From contig NC_042999.1 of NCBI RefSeq assembly GCF_006345805.1, positions 144,088,001-144,152,000 on the forward strand: a stretch of 64,000 bases of DNA, given 5' to 3'. The notes below the pieces were generated by a model. The model saw nothing but the letters and a program-made list of their open reading frames with translations, was not told the DNA's origin and did not search any database. Of this stretch, positions 1-12,099 are shown piece by piece. The position numbers and the translations under genes were made by a program. The stretch's first letter is position 1, and each line of letters opens with the position of its first letter. This stretch comes from Octopus sinensis (Eukaryota).

Positions 1-2538
1 ATAACGCCGCCAATGGGGGCATCGAAAAGCCGACTGTAAAAGTCCGTTTACCATCCGGTCTCTGGCGAACAATATATAGAAGAGTTCGGAGACACAAAGG
101 TTGCACTTCCTTCTGCCCCTATCAAATGGGAGGGCCACCGACAAAATTGACCATTCCAGCCTGTAGCTTGAGTTCGTATTCTTCAATCGCCATATTAGCT
201 TGCTGAGTCCCGTGGTCTGGCGTTTATTCATGTCTCGAAAAGTTGCGTAATGGTTGGAGATTCGTAAAGCCAATCTTGACGATGAGGCCCCTACATAAGC
301 GTAGACATCTGAGTCCGTGTAAACCTTGCATTGGTAGACGGCGTTTCTGATCTTGGAATTCGCCGACGTGAATCTTATTCTGCTAGGATTAGTTTCTGAA
401 ATTAGAACTGCGTTACTGTCACTATATTTGTTGCGAGAACTGCAGCCGCTTACTACTTTATTTTCCACTACGTCACTATTAACTAACGGAATAACCCCTG
501 ATTCTCCACTATCTATCAGAGTGCTGTCATTGCTAGTGCCCGTGGTGCTGCTATTGCCGGAAACGATGCTGGGGTTGCTATTGGGACTCTCTACCCTAAC
601 GAGCCGAGCTGCGCTCACCTCACTACTGCCATTGTTACCGTCAACTACAACACCCCTATTTATAACTATACCCCTAGTATATAATCCCTGGTTGGAGCTG
701 AGATTATGAGTCACTGTACTGGCTCTCATATCATTATTACTACTATTATTATTCCTACTGAGCATTAAACCGGGAGCGGAAGAAGCTGTGCCTCCGGAAA
801 AAGGTGATAGGGTCTTAGTAAGCAGCCTATTATTATGGGAGGCGATTATCTGGGCGAGGTTTTTAGTGTTGGAGAAAGCTATCCTAACTTTATGCGAGTT
901 GACCGTGGAGTAATATTTGGAATTTCTGGGGAAGTTATTGGCGATGGCTTGTCAAAACATGAGGGGGAGGTTAGTTCTAATCTGCTTACCAAAGGGAATT
1001 ACAAACCATATATGCTTATTCCTATCTATGTGATGGGTCGGGACGCCAGCTCTCGCATTCGGGTGGGTGATTCTCGGATGAATAACGGGTTTTGGGTTAG
1101 TGTGAGATCCCCCGGACCGATAATTATCCTTGTTCGCTAAATTAAATGCGGGAGCGACTGCCCCAGCACCCGCCGCGCTCCCGTCACTACTTAAATTGTT
1201 TATGTTATTATAGACGGCCCTATCCTGATGACCGAATGATGGCATCGGAAGGGCCGGATCAATATAAATTACCTTCTGCCTATAACCGGCCTTGGATAGT
1301 GCGGCGTTATAAAATTCCGCTTTCTGCATAAAAATATCGGCACTGGCGGACAAGCCAGACAATCTTAGAGAGATGTTTTTAACCAAATTGTCTGTTACGG
1401 TTTTGGCATGATTTGAGAAGACACTGACATACTTCAAATTAGTGGAAGGCTTATGGTAAGGGCAGTATGAGTCGCTATTAAGGTTAAGTGTAACGTCTAG
1501 GAAATTAGCCTTGGTGAGTTCATTATCAAAAACTATATTCATGCCCATTCTATTAAAAAACCTAGCTAACCTGCTCTTAGTTTTCTGCACTATTCTGTTC
1601 GTGGTGTTTTGCAGGTAAAACAGACAATCGTCACGATACAGGCCGCCCGCGATCTCCGGGAATTGGTCGGACAATTCGTAGAGAATATATATTCCGACCA
1701 AATCGGCTATCTGTGCACTATCCGAACTCCCCATAGGCACATCAAATTCATTGGGAGTATCTTTACGGATCCACAACTTATTATCAAACTTAATAAACGA
1801 TTTCCTGGCAACTAAAATGATATCTATTTCTTCTCTGGTGAGGCCAGCCTTGTCGTGAGCATGCCAAAGGGCCTTATTTAGTACACTAGGGTTAATCGAG
1901 GGGTAGAAGCTAGCGATATCAAACTGAATGAACCTAGTACGGTTCTTATTGGGGATGGAAGAGAACCACTTCACTACCTGCGAGGAGTTGGCCCAGAGGC
2001 TGAGCTTCAGCTTGTTTACTAAACTAGGGATATATTTATCTAAAATGTACTTACTGATTATCCCGATATCAGAGCTAGCAGGGCATATGAGTCTTAGCGC
2101 TGGGTTGGTGTGGAAGTTCGGTTTATGGTCCTTCACTATAAATCTGGGTTGCTTAGGGCTAAGCGGCTGCGTTCTCATTTGAATTCCGTGTTTAAACATT
2201 ATTTCCTTAATTTCCAAGTTTACCTTCCTCAGGGTACTCCAATTGGTTTTTCTATAATTTTTCTTGATCTCTTTACCGAGTAAATCTAGGTACTGCTTAA
2301 TGGGTAGCTTGTATGTGTTCCTGGTCTTGTCGGACTGGACCAGGACTCCGTCCGTTCTATTAATGTCCTTGGTAATTTTATCTAGATATCTGAGGTGGGC
2401 ATTTCTCCTGGGTGACTTCCTGAACTTAATCTTTCTAACTATGTCCCACAAGTCGTCCTCAAACTTCTTCAGTCTTAAGACTGAAGAAGTTTGACGACTT
2501 GTGGGACAGTAGATTTTGTCTCGCCCCATATAATACAT
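1..2538 (-). CDS. PLE reverse transcriptase-GIY-YIG polyprotein, at least 846 codons, interrupted by one in-frame TGA at 952-954
   Basis: The listed 528-aa ORF continues in the same frame after TGA with no further stop to base 1: QAIANNFPRNSKYYSTVNSHKVRIAFSNTKNLAQIIASHNNRLL...AVYQCKVYTDSDVYAYVGASSSRLALRISNHYATFRDMNKRQTTGLSKLIWRLK...WSILSVALPFDRGRRKCNLCVSELFYILFARDRMVNGLLQSAFRCPHWRRY. Confidence 0.9.
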
Positions 2539-2769
2539 CCAATATTCTTTAAATAGTCAGAACTTTACTCTCGGTCACAAAGAACATCTACACACCCCGT
2601 GCCCTCACCCACAGGAATGACCGCTGCATGACCCGTTAAAATCCTCAACGCACCCACCACCCGTTCTCAACATACACTGATAAACAGTTTGGCCATGGGC
2701 TCTTAGGAGCCTAGTTCGATTTGTTTTGCTCCGCCTCTGTTCTGTTTTTGTTTTTTCCAACGGATTTCC

Positions 2770-2862
2770 TATTTCTTCCTGAAGAGAAAGACACAATATG
2801 GTCTCATTATTCAATCGGATTTTGGTAAATTGTGCCTTTCGAAACACGTGTAGAATGAAATA
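2770..2862 (+). ncRNA. Type I hammerhead ribozyme (PLE-type, minimal palindromic stem III)
   Basis: Core CUGAAGA at 2779-2785. Stem II gaaagacacaau/auugugccuuuc (2786-2797 with 2829-2840, one mismatch). GAAAC at 2841-2845, ACGU loop, GUA cleavage triplet at 2850-2852. Stem I uauuucuuc/gaa(u)gaaaua. AATAAA follows at 2859-2864. Confidence 0.9.
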
Positions 2863-3696
2863 AAACGATTTCTGTTCAATCTTCGTTCAGCTCCATTTCT
2901 TCAATTCACTAATAATATTAAAATTCAATTATCCGCACCAACGCACGGTTGCAACACCATATGGTTGTACCTCCAACCGTGCTGTCTTCTGCTGTGATTT
3001 TTGCTACCAAGGTATCGGTTAAACTTTTGATTAATCTGCTACAAGATTATTCATCTTTCTATTTCACATAATATATATATATATATATATAAAATTAAGT
3101 AGGTAGGTAGGTAATATGTAGGCAGGTAAGTAAGCAGGCAGGTATATAATATCCATGTGTATGAATAGGTTTGTAGCCATTTACTAATAGACAACATTAT
3201 AATATTTCCTTAACAGAATTTTATAGAGTATGTTTTATCCTTCCTTATATACTATAAGAAATTCCTCACAAAAATAGAGGATTAATCATGGAAGCCATAC
3301 TTATATCGCAAAACAACGCCAAAATAAACGCGCAAACAGCACGCACATCAAAAATTAACACCTGGTTACTGTCATGAAAAATTTGACCACAACAAACAAA
3401 TCAACATGTGGCTGCTGACACATAAGGCTAACGATAGAAAAAACCTTCTGGCACGAAAGTCTAAATAAATTCAGCCGCTAAAGAGCAATAAAGGCGCCAA
3501 GTATATTCAATTCTTGAAAATGAGTGTGTGAAATCTGGGAATGTCGAATATGAATTTAGGAACCCCATTGGTGTAAATTAACTACGAAAATAGAACAACT
3601 AAAAATATAGCAAAAATCTAAATTAAAATATAGTTAAAATTTGAACACAGTTTAATATAACACGTATAAAAGAAAAGCGGATCCCCATACATTTGA

Positions 3697-3790
<94 letters not shown>
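3697..3790. repeat. (GATA)n microsatellite
   Basis: Perfect tetranucleotide run; it produces the YLSI-repeat ORFs. A similar run lies at about 60475-60605. Confidence 0.97.
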
Positions 3791-3791
<1 letters not shown>

Positions 3792-3886
3792 CACACACGA
3801 TGCACACACACACACACATATTCACACAAGCATATTTATTTGTGTCTCTCTGTGTGTATCTGCGATGCTTGTCTATTCTCTTTTTT

Positions 3887-4252
3887 TCTCTTTTACTTGT
3901 TTCAGTCATATTGACTGCGGCCATGCTGGAGCACCGCCTTCAGTCGAGCAAATCGACCGCGGGACTTATTCTTTGTAAGCCCAGTGCTTATTCTATCGGT
4001 CTCTTTTGCCGAACCGCTAAGTGACGGGGACGTAAACACACCAGCATCGGTTGTCAAGCAATGCTAGGGGGACAAACACAGACACACAAACACACACACA
4101 TATACATATATATATACATATATACGACAGGCTTCTTTCAGTTTCCGTCTACCAAATCCACTCACAAGGCATTGGTCGGCCCGGGGCTATAGCAGAAGAC
4201 ACTTGCCCAAGATGCCACGCAGTGGGACTGAACCCGGAACCATGTGGTTGGT
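3887..4252 (-). mobile_element. tRNA-derived SINE of the octopus-type family with ...gactgaaacaagtaaaaga tail
   Basis: Head ...ccacatggttccgggttcagtcccactgcgtggc..., internal (AT)/(GT) tract and tail gcatggccgcagtcaa...tgactgaaacaagtaaaaga. The same family recurs at about 15440-15760, 15985-16300, 16864-17002, 19482-19630, 44165-44650 and 45935-46310. Confidence 0.8.
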
Positions 4253-4432
4253 CTATGATTGCATTTGTGCATCAAAGTCATGCTCTTCATTCCACTGTAT
4301 TTCCTGTGGTCATTAGTTTACAACCACTTTTCTCTTTTTGTCTATTCCCTAACTCTCTAATTCTTCCCTTTTTTTTCTTCCTCTTTCCTTCATACCTACC
4401 ATCCTCTATATTACTTTGTGTTTCTTTCTCAG

Positions 4433-4602
4433 ACAGTGAACGGAACATATCAAATTAAGAAGATAATGGATACGTGGACGCGCCAGATGGGATATCCCGT
4501 GGTTAACATCAAAGCTGACGGCAAAGACCATTATATCATCGAACAGAAACGTTTCCTTTTGCAACCCGGTGATAAATTCAACGTTTCCGAATCACCCTAC
4601 AA
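4433..4602 (+). CDS. M1 aminopeptidase exon (window exon 1)
   Basis: tttctttctcag acceptor; TVNGTYQIKKIMDTWTRQMGYPVVNIKADGKDHYIIEQKRFLLQPGDKFNVSESPY(K); gtaag donor, phase 2. Confidence 0.92.
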
Positions 4603-4760
4603 GTAAGCAATTCTTATTCGAGTATATTTATAAATCTCAGAGTATAAAGCGGGGGTTATATATACGTGTGTGTGTGTTATACAGCTGAACAAACACACAC
4701 AAATATATATATATACAATCATAATGCCTTTAGGTTTTCATTACCGAATGGGTACATTAT

Positions 4761-4927
4761 TAGCGGCATTTCTTCCGACTTTATGTTCTGAGTTCAAATG
4801 CTGCCGAGGTTGAGTTTGCCTCATTCTTTTGGGGTCGATAAAATAAGTACCAGTTGAGCACTGTGGTTGATACAATCAACTAAACCGCTCTCTTAAAATC
4901 GCTGGCCTTGTTCCAAAATGTAAAACC
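4761..4927 (+). mobile_element. Nin-domain-type SINE fragment
   Basis: ttctgagttcaaat...gccgagg...ggggtcgataaaataagtaccagtt motif shared with many copies in the window. Confidence 0.7.
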
Positions 4928-5148
4928 ATCATCGAATGTGTACTTGCTTTCTTTTAGATAGTGGGTAATTGGAGGAAAATTTGGCGATTGTATGAAAACG
5001 AAGAGATTCTTTTTTATAACACTTCTAACCAGAAATCCTACTAAATATTACATATTAGTGCTATTGGTAGTCAGTGAGGTAAAATAGGAGGTCGTGATAT
5101 TCTAACATGTGCTCTAACTAGCTTCTAATTCTTTCTCTTTGATTCCAG

Positions 5149-5231
5149 GTACATGTGGCATATACCGTTCGTTTACAGCTTTATGTCCAAACCATCTGAA
5201 ACTGAACTCCACTGGTTAAGTAACTCCTCGG
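5149..5231 (+). CDS. M1 aminopeptidase exon 2
   Basis: gattccag acceptor; (K)YMWHIPFVYSFMSKPSETELHWLSNSS(D); gtaag donor, phase 1. Confidence 0.92.
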
Positions 5232-6591
5232 GTAAGTGCTTTACATAGCGTGACACTGTTTTATGTATTGGCACAAACTCCCATTGTTTATTCCTTTTTT
5301 TTACGAACTACATAAACTCTCTAGTTGACTGTGTTTATAACACCTTATTGTCTTAAAATAGGAAACTCACATTGGATAAAGTAATCCTAAATTCCATAAT
5401 GTCATTAGAAAAAAAATACTTCAACAACAACGAACCAACTCTAAAATGAAGATCACTCTTTAAGACTCATAGTTTTTACTAACAGACTACATAAAACTGT
5501 AAAAGGGTTTTAATTCTGCTCTTCTCTCTCTCCTTTTCTTTGTGAGCGGGGAAATAATGATGTTATATGATATCTGAAATTGATGTCTTAAAGCGAGACA
5601 GATGAGCTGGCTTGAAATAATCTTGATTCAGTGAGGGAGTTTAAATGTCTCAGTTCCTAGAGCTATTTGTGTAATCTCTTGATGCTCTTCAGATATGAAA
5701 TTATTCTTTTCATTATTTATCAAACGTAGCTCTAAAGTTTCCCATACGAGTACTAACTTGTTAACCATAATTAATGATCTGAAAGCCTTATGTTTTAAGT
5801 ATAATATGCAGATCACTAATTTGAACTAATACTGTTTCTGTCGGTAATAACGATTTTCTTTAATTTCTGCCATCCGGTTAAATAGACATGTGGCATTTCA
5901 ATTAGCGTTCAACTATATCTTGGGAGCAGTCGATTTTTTGCTTGGTATGCGGTGCATGTAGATACTTTCTGCTGATGAAGCTCAAAAAAGCAGATATCCA
6001 GATTTAGCTATATCATTGTTGCTGCTGGGCGATTTTCGCCTGTTGCTGATATATTTGGTTTTTATATATATTTATTTATTTTTAGCGTTATACATCTATA
6101 AGAGATGCTTTCTCAAGACAAATACTGCAGTTTAGAAAGCGTTCAATATGATGAGTTTTTAGTAAGATATACAGGTTACTAATTTGAATATATACACTTC
6201 CGTCGCTAATAACGAATTGCTAAATATAATTTCACAATAGTATTATGCAGGCTAAGTAGAAACTTATGATTCATTGTCCGCTGCTTATCAAAGTTATTCC
6301 CTTTGTGTATCCTGGAGATCTTTAATTCTAGTTCCTATGATAGTAAAAGGATGATAGAAAAATGTTTCTTCGGATACGACGTTAATCTATCCCAAGTAAC
6401 TTTCTTGAATGTATCAACTATTATAAAAATCTAGCTAAAGGGAAGCCAAGAAAGATTGTCTCTTGTCTAGAAATAATCAGGCTTCACATGTAACGGATTT
6501 GAACTCACAGACTGTGAACCTACAGTGTAATAGTTTCGTTTTGCTTCGCTTTAATTTCATGTTGCTTATTCTTTTTGTTTTCTGATTACAG

Positions 6592-6716
6592 ATAGAATTA
6601 AAGCTACTGGAAGTGGCTGGATCTTGGGAAATGTTGATCACATTGGTTTTTATCGAGTCAATTATGAAGTGAGTATGTGGAAACAACTAACCGAACAGCT
6701 TCATAAAGACCACACG
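6592..6716 (+). CDS. M1 aminopeptidase exon 3
   Basis: ttacag acceptor; (D)RIKATGSGWILGNVDHIGFYRVNYEVSMWKQLTEQLHKDHT; gtaag donor, phase 0. Confidence 0.95.
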
Positions 6717-7324
6717 GTAAGTATCACTTCATAAAGCATTGCTTTCCCAAGTAAAGGAGAGGGAGCACTTTTACTCCCACCAAACCATAAGAATTGTCAA
6801 ATAAGGGATGGGATTTCTTCTTCTATGTGTGTACGCGCGCGCGCGTGTTACACCCCGAATATTTTTATTGATCCGTTTTGAAACTCAAACAGGGTGGTAT
6901 AATTAGCTGCCAAATAAATCACAATTGCTTACAACTACACATATCAGTACCAATAATACCCGGCAATATGACAATATGTTTTTGCTCTCAAATGTTTAAT
7001 ATCTTCTTTATTTTTTTAATTGTTACTCATTTATTTATTTATTTATTTGGTTAGGGATATGCTTAGTCTGATACAATTCTGAACTGCAACACTTGACTGA
7101 TACATTGTCGGCAGCCTTAAAATCGCTATTTATTGCTAGCAAACTCACGGTGTTGACCGATCTCATATTTGAATATTTATTCACAAACTCAACTAATATA
7201 TAGTTACATTTTAATTAAAATTTATAATATGTAGCTATACATGTGTCAGTACAAATACTAAGTAATTACAATCCAAAATGAATTTATGGTATATTTTAGT
7301 TTAGTTTCTTGTCGGAAAAAATCC

Positions 7325-8105
7325 TCAGCATGTACTGAGTTCGAATCCCACCAAAGTCAATTTTGCCTTTTATCCTTTATCGATAAAATAAAGTACTGGT
7401 CAAGTATTGTGGAGTTTATGTAATCGACTAAACCCTCCCCAGATAATTGCTGACCTTGTGCCAAAATTTGAAGCAATATTATTCATTAAACTAATGAGTT
7501 TAAATCCCGCTAAGGTCAACTTTGCTTTTCATTTTTCTTCAACGCGTCACTCATATTGTGTCAAGTCACCTTAGGCACCAGACTAACCACCATGGTCATC
7601 CTTTTCTCTTAGTACCCTCAACCATCATAAATATAACCATTCTCGTCGATTTGCAACACTAAGCAGAATATTGGTTTCAAATTTTAGCACAAGGTCAGCA
7701 AGTTCGGGGTGCGAGTAAGTCGATTACATCGACCTCCAATCCTCGACTGGGACATATTTTACCGACCCAGATAGGATGAAAGGCAAAGGTGACTTCGGCA
7801 GCATTTGAAATCAGAACGTAAATATGAACGAAGTGCCGCTAAGCATTTTGTCCGGCGTGCTAACGATACTGCCAGCTTACTGCCTTACTTTCAGCAAAGT
7901 ATTGGCTTCAAATTTTGGCACAAAGCCAACAGTTTCAAGGGATAAGGTAAGTTGATTACATCGAACCCATTTCTCAACTGGTACTTATTTTATCGACCCT
8001 GAAACGATGAAAAGCAAAGTTGGCCTCGGTAGAATTTGAAATCAGAATATAATGACGGACGAAATGCCGCTAAGCATATTGCCCGGCGTGCTAACGATTC
8101 TGCCA
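7325..8105. mobile_element. Cluster of Nin-domain-type SINEs (one +, two -)
   Basis: Repeated gcctttcatc...gtcgataaaataagtaccagtt / ttagcacgccggacaaaatgcttagcggc modules at about 7325-7477 (+), 7670-7875 (-) and 7905-8105 (-). Confidence 0.7.
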
Positions 8106-8655
8106 CCTTACTATAAGCAGAATATTAACATCAGTTTCACCTGCCTAGGACAGCCTTCCAAATTCATGGACACTGACCTTACTTCCAAGTAAAAAAGTGA
8201 AATTTGTTATACATAACGCTAAAGTATATCATACAATAAATCCCGAACAATGTTAAATTATTATAACTAGTATTATAGACACAAACATCGGTGTGATTAA
8301 GAAGTTCGCTTCGCTAACAAGGGATTATTTAATCGATTCCACTACGAAATAGTACTTGAACATATATATGTCCCTTTACTTGGGTGGGACAATGTCTTGT
8401 GATTATAATTTGGCGGGAAAATCGTGCGAAACTAGTCATATATATATAGTCATCATTAGATAAGAAATATAGTCAGTCCTACTGACCATAAAGTATATAG
8501 ATATACTGCCTTGAGCCAAAAAGGCTAACTAATGGTTCAGATATTCATAGTGTTAAGGAACAACTTATTTCTAAGATGCTGGCTTCTTATAACCAATTCG
8601 TTGCTTTGATTAATAATATTCGATTTAATTCTACTTATATGGAACGTCTAAAATA

Positions 8656-9532
8656 TGAGGGGGTACCCAAAAGTAACCGGAAACGTTCTCTGTGGGACAA
8701 ATCCGTTGTAGTTCAGGCTTCTGTCGTTAGAAGCCACTTGATACGACCCCCAGTCATCAGTCTGTCAACCAGTGACGTGGGGAGAATTCGTACTGCCAGG
8801 TGGCGTGTCTGTTTTGCAGTGCTTCTCCTCTGTTCGTGGATTTTTGCGATGACTGAACAAAACAGCGTACTTACGTGAAATTCTGTTTTCAGCTGGGAAA
8901 AATGGCGGCCGGAGCAGTTGTCATGCTTCAAACAGCTTACAAGGCCGCTATCATAAGCAAAACAAGTTTACGAGTGGTTTTCACGCTTTAGAAATGGTCA
9001 CTTGTCACTTGAGAACCAACCTCCTTCGGGGTAACCGTCGACCTCCCGAACGAATGAAAGCATCATGAAAATTCATGAAATGATCTTGGAGGACCGTCAC
9101 TAAACAATTGAAGAATTTGTTGATATGATTTTTGTGTCCAGGAGCTCCTGTCAACGAATTTTGAGCGAGGAATTCCGAATGAAAAGAGTTGCATCAAAAT
9201 ATATGCCTCGCTTGCTTGCGGAAGATCAAAACAGTCATGACTGAATGCATGTCGTGAACTGAAAGAACAGTTGGAAGTTGATCCGGACCTTTTTTCGAAG
9301 GTCATCACTAGTGATGGAAGCTGGTGCTACGGAATTTGCAGATGTGGAAGAGGTGAAGAAAAAAACGACACCGGTGTTAAAAGGCATCACTTCGCAAGAG
9401 TTCCAGGTCAGCTTCGAACAGTGGAAAACGCGTCTGGACAGATGCACTGTTTCGAATTGAAAATAGTTTGAAGTCAATAAAATTGTAAACATGTAAAATT
9501 AAGTGAATAAGTTTCTTTTGGATACCCCCTCG
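8656..9532 (+). mobile_element. Internally deleted mariner (Tc1/mariner) element
   Basis: TIRs (T/C)GAGGGGGTA(C/T)CCAAAAG(T/A)AAC at both ends, with TA on the left. Transposase remnants ...EVDPDLFSKVITSDGSWCYG are joined directly to FADVEEVKKKTT...FEQWKTRLDRC. Confidence 0.85.
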
Positions 9533-10069
9533 AAGTATTTAATTTTTGAAATTTACCACCCCTTGAATTTAATCCTATCATTGCTGTCGTTGATAGTTCT
9601 ATCATTTGCATTAGTTTTGTTTATTGCTAGTATTTGTTGTTACCATTTCCTACATTACTGTTTTCTCATATCATTAGTATTACCCTCGGTAGGCGTCCCG
9701 TATATGGTTCCACATGGCTAGTAGTCTTAGGAATATCAGTTGTTCGGAAGGTAACCTATGTTTTTTTTATTACCGGCCCTAGTTAGATCCTCGTTATATT
9801 AGCAGGCGTTTTGGGTGACGATGTCTATCAGCTGAAAGAATATATACAACATAGGGCCGAGATTTACATTCATGGTACTTATTAATGTTTCATAAATGCC
9901 ACTCGTTCCTTGAGAACAGACTAAAAAAATAATATACACTTTTGTATGGAGTTCTCTTTCTGTTGTTGGTTCCACCAAAGCAATATATATATATATACAT
10001 ATATATATATTTCGTTTGGGGATTTGGTTTGCAAGATTCTTTATATGAGTTCGTGTGTTGAAACATATT

Positions 10070-10362
10070 CTGTTGTGTCTGGGGAGAGTTATTTTCTTTT
10101 TGTGCCTTATAATGTAACACACTCACCGGTAAAATTTCCACTTATTCCTTATTTTTATTTTCCTAAAATTTTCGTTGCGTTTTGCAACCTTTTCAATAGA
10201 CTATTGAAAAGGTTGCAAGACGCAACGAAAATAGACTATTGAAAAGGTTGCAAGACGCAACGAAAATTTTAAAATAAAATTAAGGAATAAGTAGAAATTT
10301 TACCGGTGTGTGTGTTACATTATAAGGCACAAAAAGATAATGACTCTCCCCAGACACAACAG
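10070..10362. repeat. Fold-back palindrome with an internal 35-nt tandem duplication
   Basis: ctgttgtgtctggggagagt...aaccttttcaatag pairs with ctattgaaaaggtt...actctccccagacacaacag. The segment aatagactattg...caacga occurs at 10195 and again at 10230. Confidence 0.85.
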
Positions 10363-11179
10363 TATATATAAATATATTACTAGATATTATTGCTGTTGTA
10401 TCATCATCGTTTTAACGTCCACGTTTCCTTGCTTGCATGGGTCGGACGAAATTCCTTGAGGCAGATTTTCTATGGCCGGATGTTCTTCCTGCTTCCAACA
10501 CACACCTACTTCCAAGCAAGTTAACGTTTCTCCTAATCCTTCGAACGTGAACTGCACAATGAGTGGATATAGTTTCTGGGAAAATTACAAACGATTGACA
10601 CCATTTCTATGACAGTGATACTAGTTTACAATTAGCGCACAGTATCAAGACAAGGAGACGCGTACGAGTGCGGGAGGGCGCGCGCACACACACACACACA
10701 CACACATACACACACACACACACGCACGCATACACACACAATACATGCATACGCACAAAATCATACAGACACAAGACGGTTTCTTACCAATTTCTGTCTA
10801 TTAACTTCCATTAGCGTGATATTGGTCAACTCAATGCTACAGTATAAGATACTTGTTCAAGGTGCAGCGCATTAAGATGGATCTGGTACAACGTGGTTGC
10901 GAAGCTAATTTTTTATCCTCACAGTTATGGTTAAAGTTGTTTTTGTTTCTAAATTTAATTGACTAAATTTAATAAATTTGCAGAGTGTTCGAGCTAAATT
11001 TAACTGTTTGCATAAAAGGAAAAGAAGACACAATATCCCGCCCAAATATAAAATTATTTTTAAAAATCAAAAAATCTCAATTAGATTACGGCTGGGCGAT
11101 AACAGTTTACTCAAAGTAGCCGCCCTCAACTTCCACCACGGCTTCAAGACCGTTCCGGTACCTAGTGCATGCGCTCTCA

Positions 11180-11900
11180 CGGCTTCACATGGAAGATCTT
11201 CCAACATATCTTTGATCTTGGACACCAGCTTTTACCTGGTGTTACGGGCAAAGTGGCTGGTGTCTTAATCCTACATAGCAATCCATGTAATTACAGTTGG
11301 GGGAATTAAGAGGCCAGAAATTGGTGAAATCGTAGAAATTCTCCGACAACCACTTCTGACTATTTCTGGAGGTATAGCAAAGAGCCGAATCCTTTATATG
11401 GCTTTCCAACAACAACCTCTCCAGCTAAGATTTGACCACAGTCTCCAAAAGTTTCACATGACCGCCTGAATTAAGCCTAAATCCTAGTCCTGCAGCTGTT
11501 GCATGAATTCCTGCGTGTGGACACAATCAGAACGCCTGATATGTCCCTTCCTGTTGGCCACGGCTTCGTTGTCTCTGTTGCCGCTGTCAGCTGTCCCTGT
11601 CACGTCTTACAGCCTTAACATGTTCACGGATCATTGAGCGGCAACCATGATGATGATATTTTGATACCAGGCGCAAATCATCACGATACAGGTAACTCTT
11701 TTCCAATATTTAGATGAATTCCAGTCATCCATGTCAGCTAACGCTTTCTCAAATACAACTTTAATCTTAATGTTCTCCAATGCTGATGACTGTTCACCAA
11801 TACATCAAGATGTTCCTGAAAAAGGATATGTAAAATATCGTCAAATTTAGCCCGATCATCCTGAAAGTTCTAAATGCTTTTACATCTAGCAATTTTACAA
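11180..11900 (-). mobile_element. Old degraded CR1-type LINE 3' fragment
   Basis: Minus-strand ...cttagctggagaggttgttgttggaaagccatata... resembles the LYSLERRRERY region; many stops and indels. Confidence 0.45.
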
Positions 11901-12043
11901 CGTCTTTTCTTCATCCATGAAATTTCTTAGAATCAATTATTTCCTACTTGAAAATCCCTCATGCACAACATTAATAAATGTATCCACTAAATGCTCTTGT
12001 GATGTAAACAGAGAAAATAAATTATTATGCTATTTCATTTCAG

Positions 12044-12099
12044 GTGTTTGTAGCTTCAAGTCGCGCAGGACTTATCGGAGATGCTCTCAACTTAGCTCG
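12044..12099 (+). CDS. M1 aminopeptidase exon 4 (56 nt)
   Basis: catttcag acceptor; VFVASSRAGLIGDALNLA(R); gtacg donor, phase 2. Confidence 0.93.

Larger units (their letters stand above)
1..2862 (-). mobile_element. Penelope-like retroelement, Naiad-type (RT + C-terminal GIY-YIG); 3' end runs off the window
   Basis: RT motifs FDIASFYPSI, FDVPMGSSDSAQIADLVG, GLYRDD and FLDVTL, plus SDKTRN and HIWF, match Naiad/Chlamys-type PLE RTs as recalled. The GIY-YIG and zinc motifs are in frame, and a hammerhead lies at 2770-2862. The right boundary is approximate. Confidence 0.88.

Noticed and set aside
353-2494. Plus-strand ORFs overlapping the PLE (353-709, 835-1140, 1146-1331, 1609-1815, 1928-2182, 2264-2494)
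   Set aside because: Antisense shadows of the RT/EN frame with no recognisable motifs.
4433-4436. Alternative acceptor ACAG, which would start the exon at 4437
   Set aside because: It gives phase 1, whereas 4433 gives phase 0 as expected for this M1 intron position; it cannot be fully excluded without the upstream exon.
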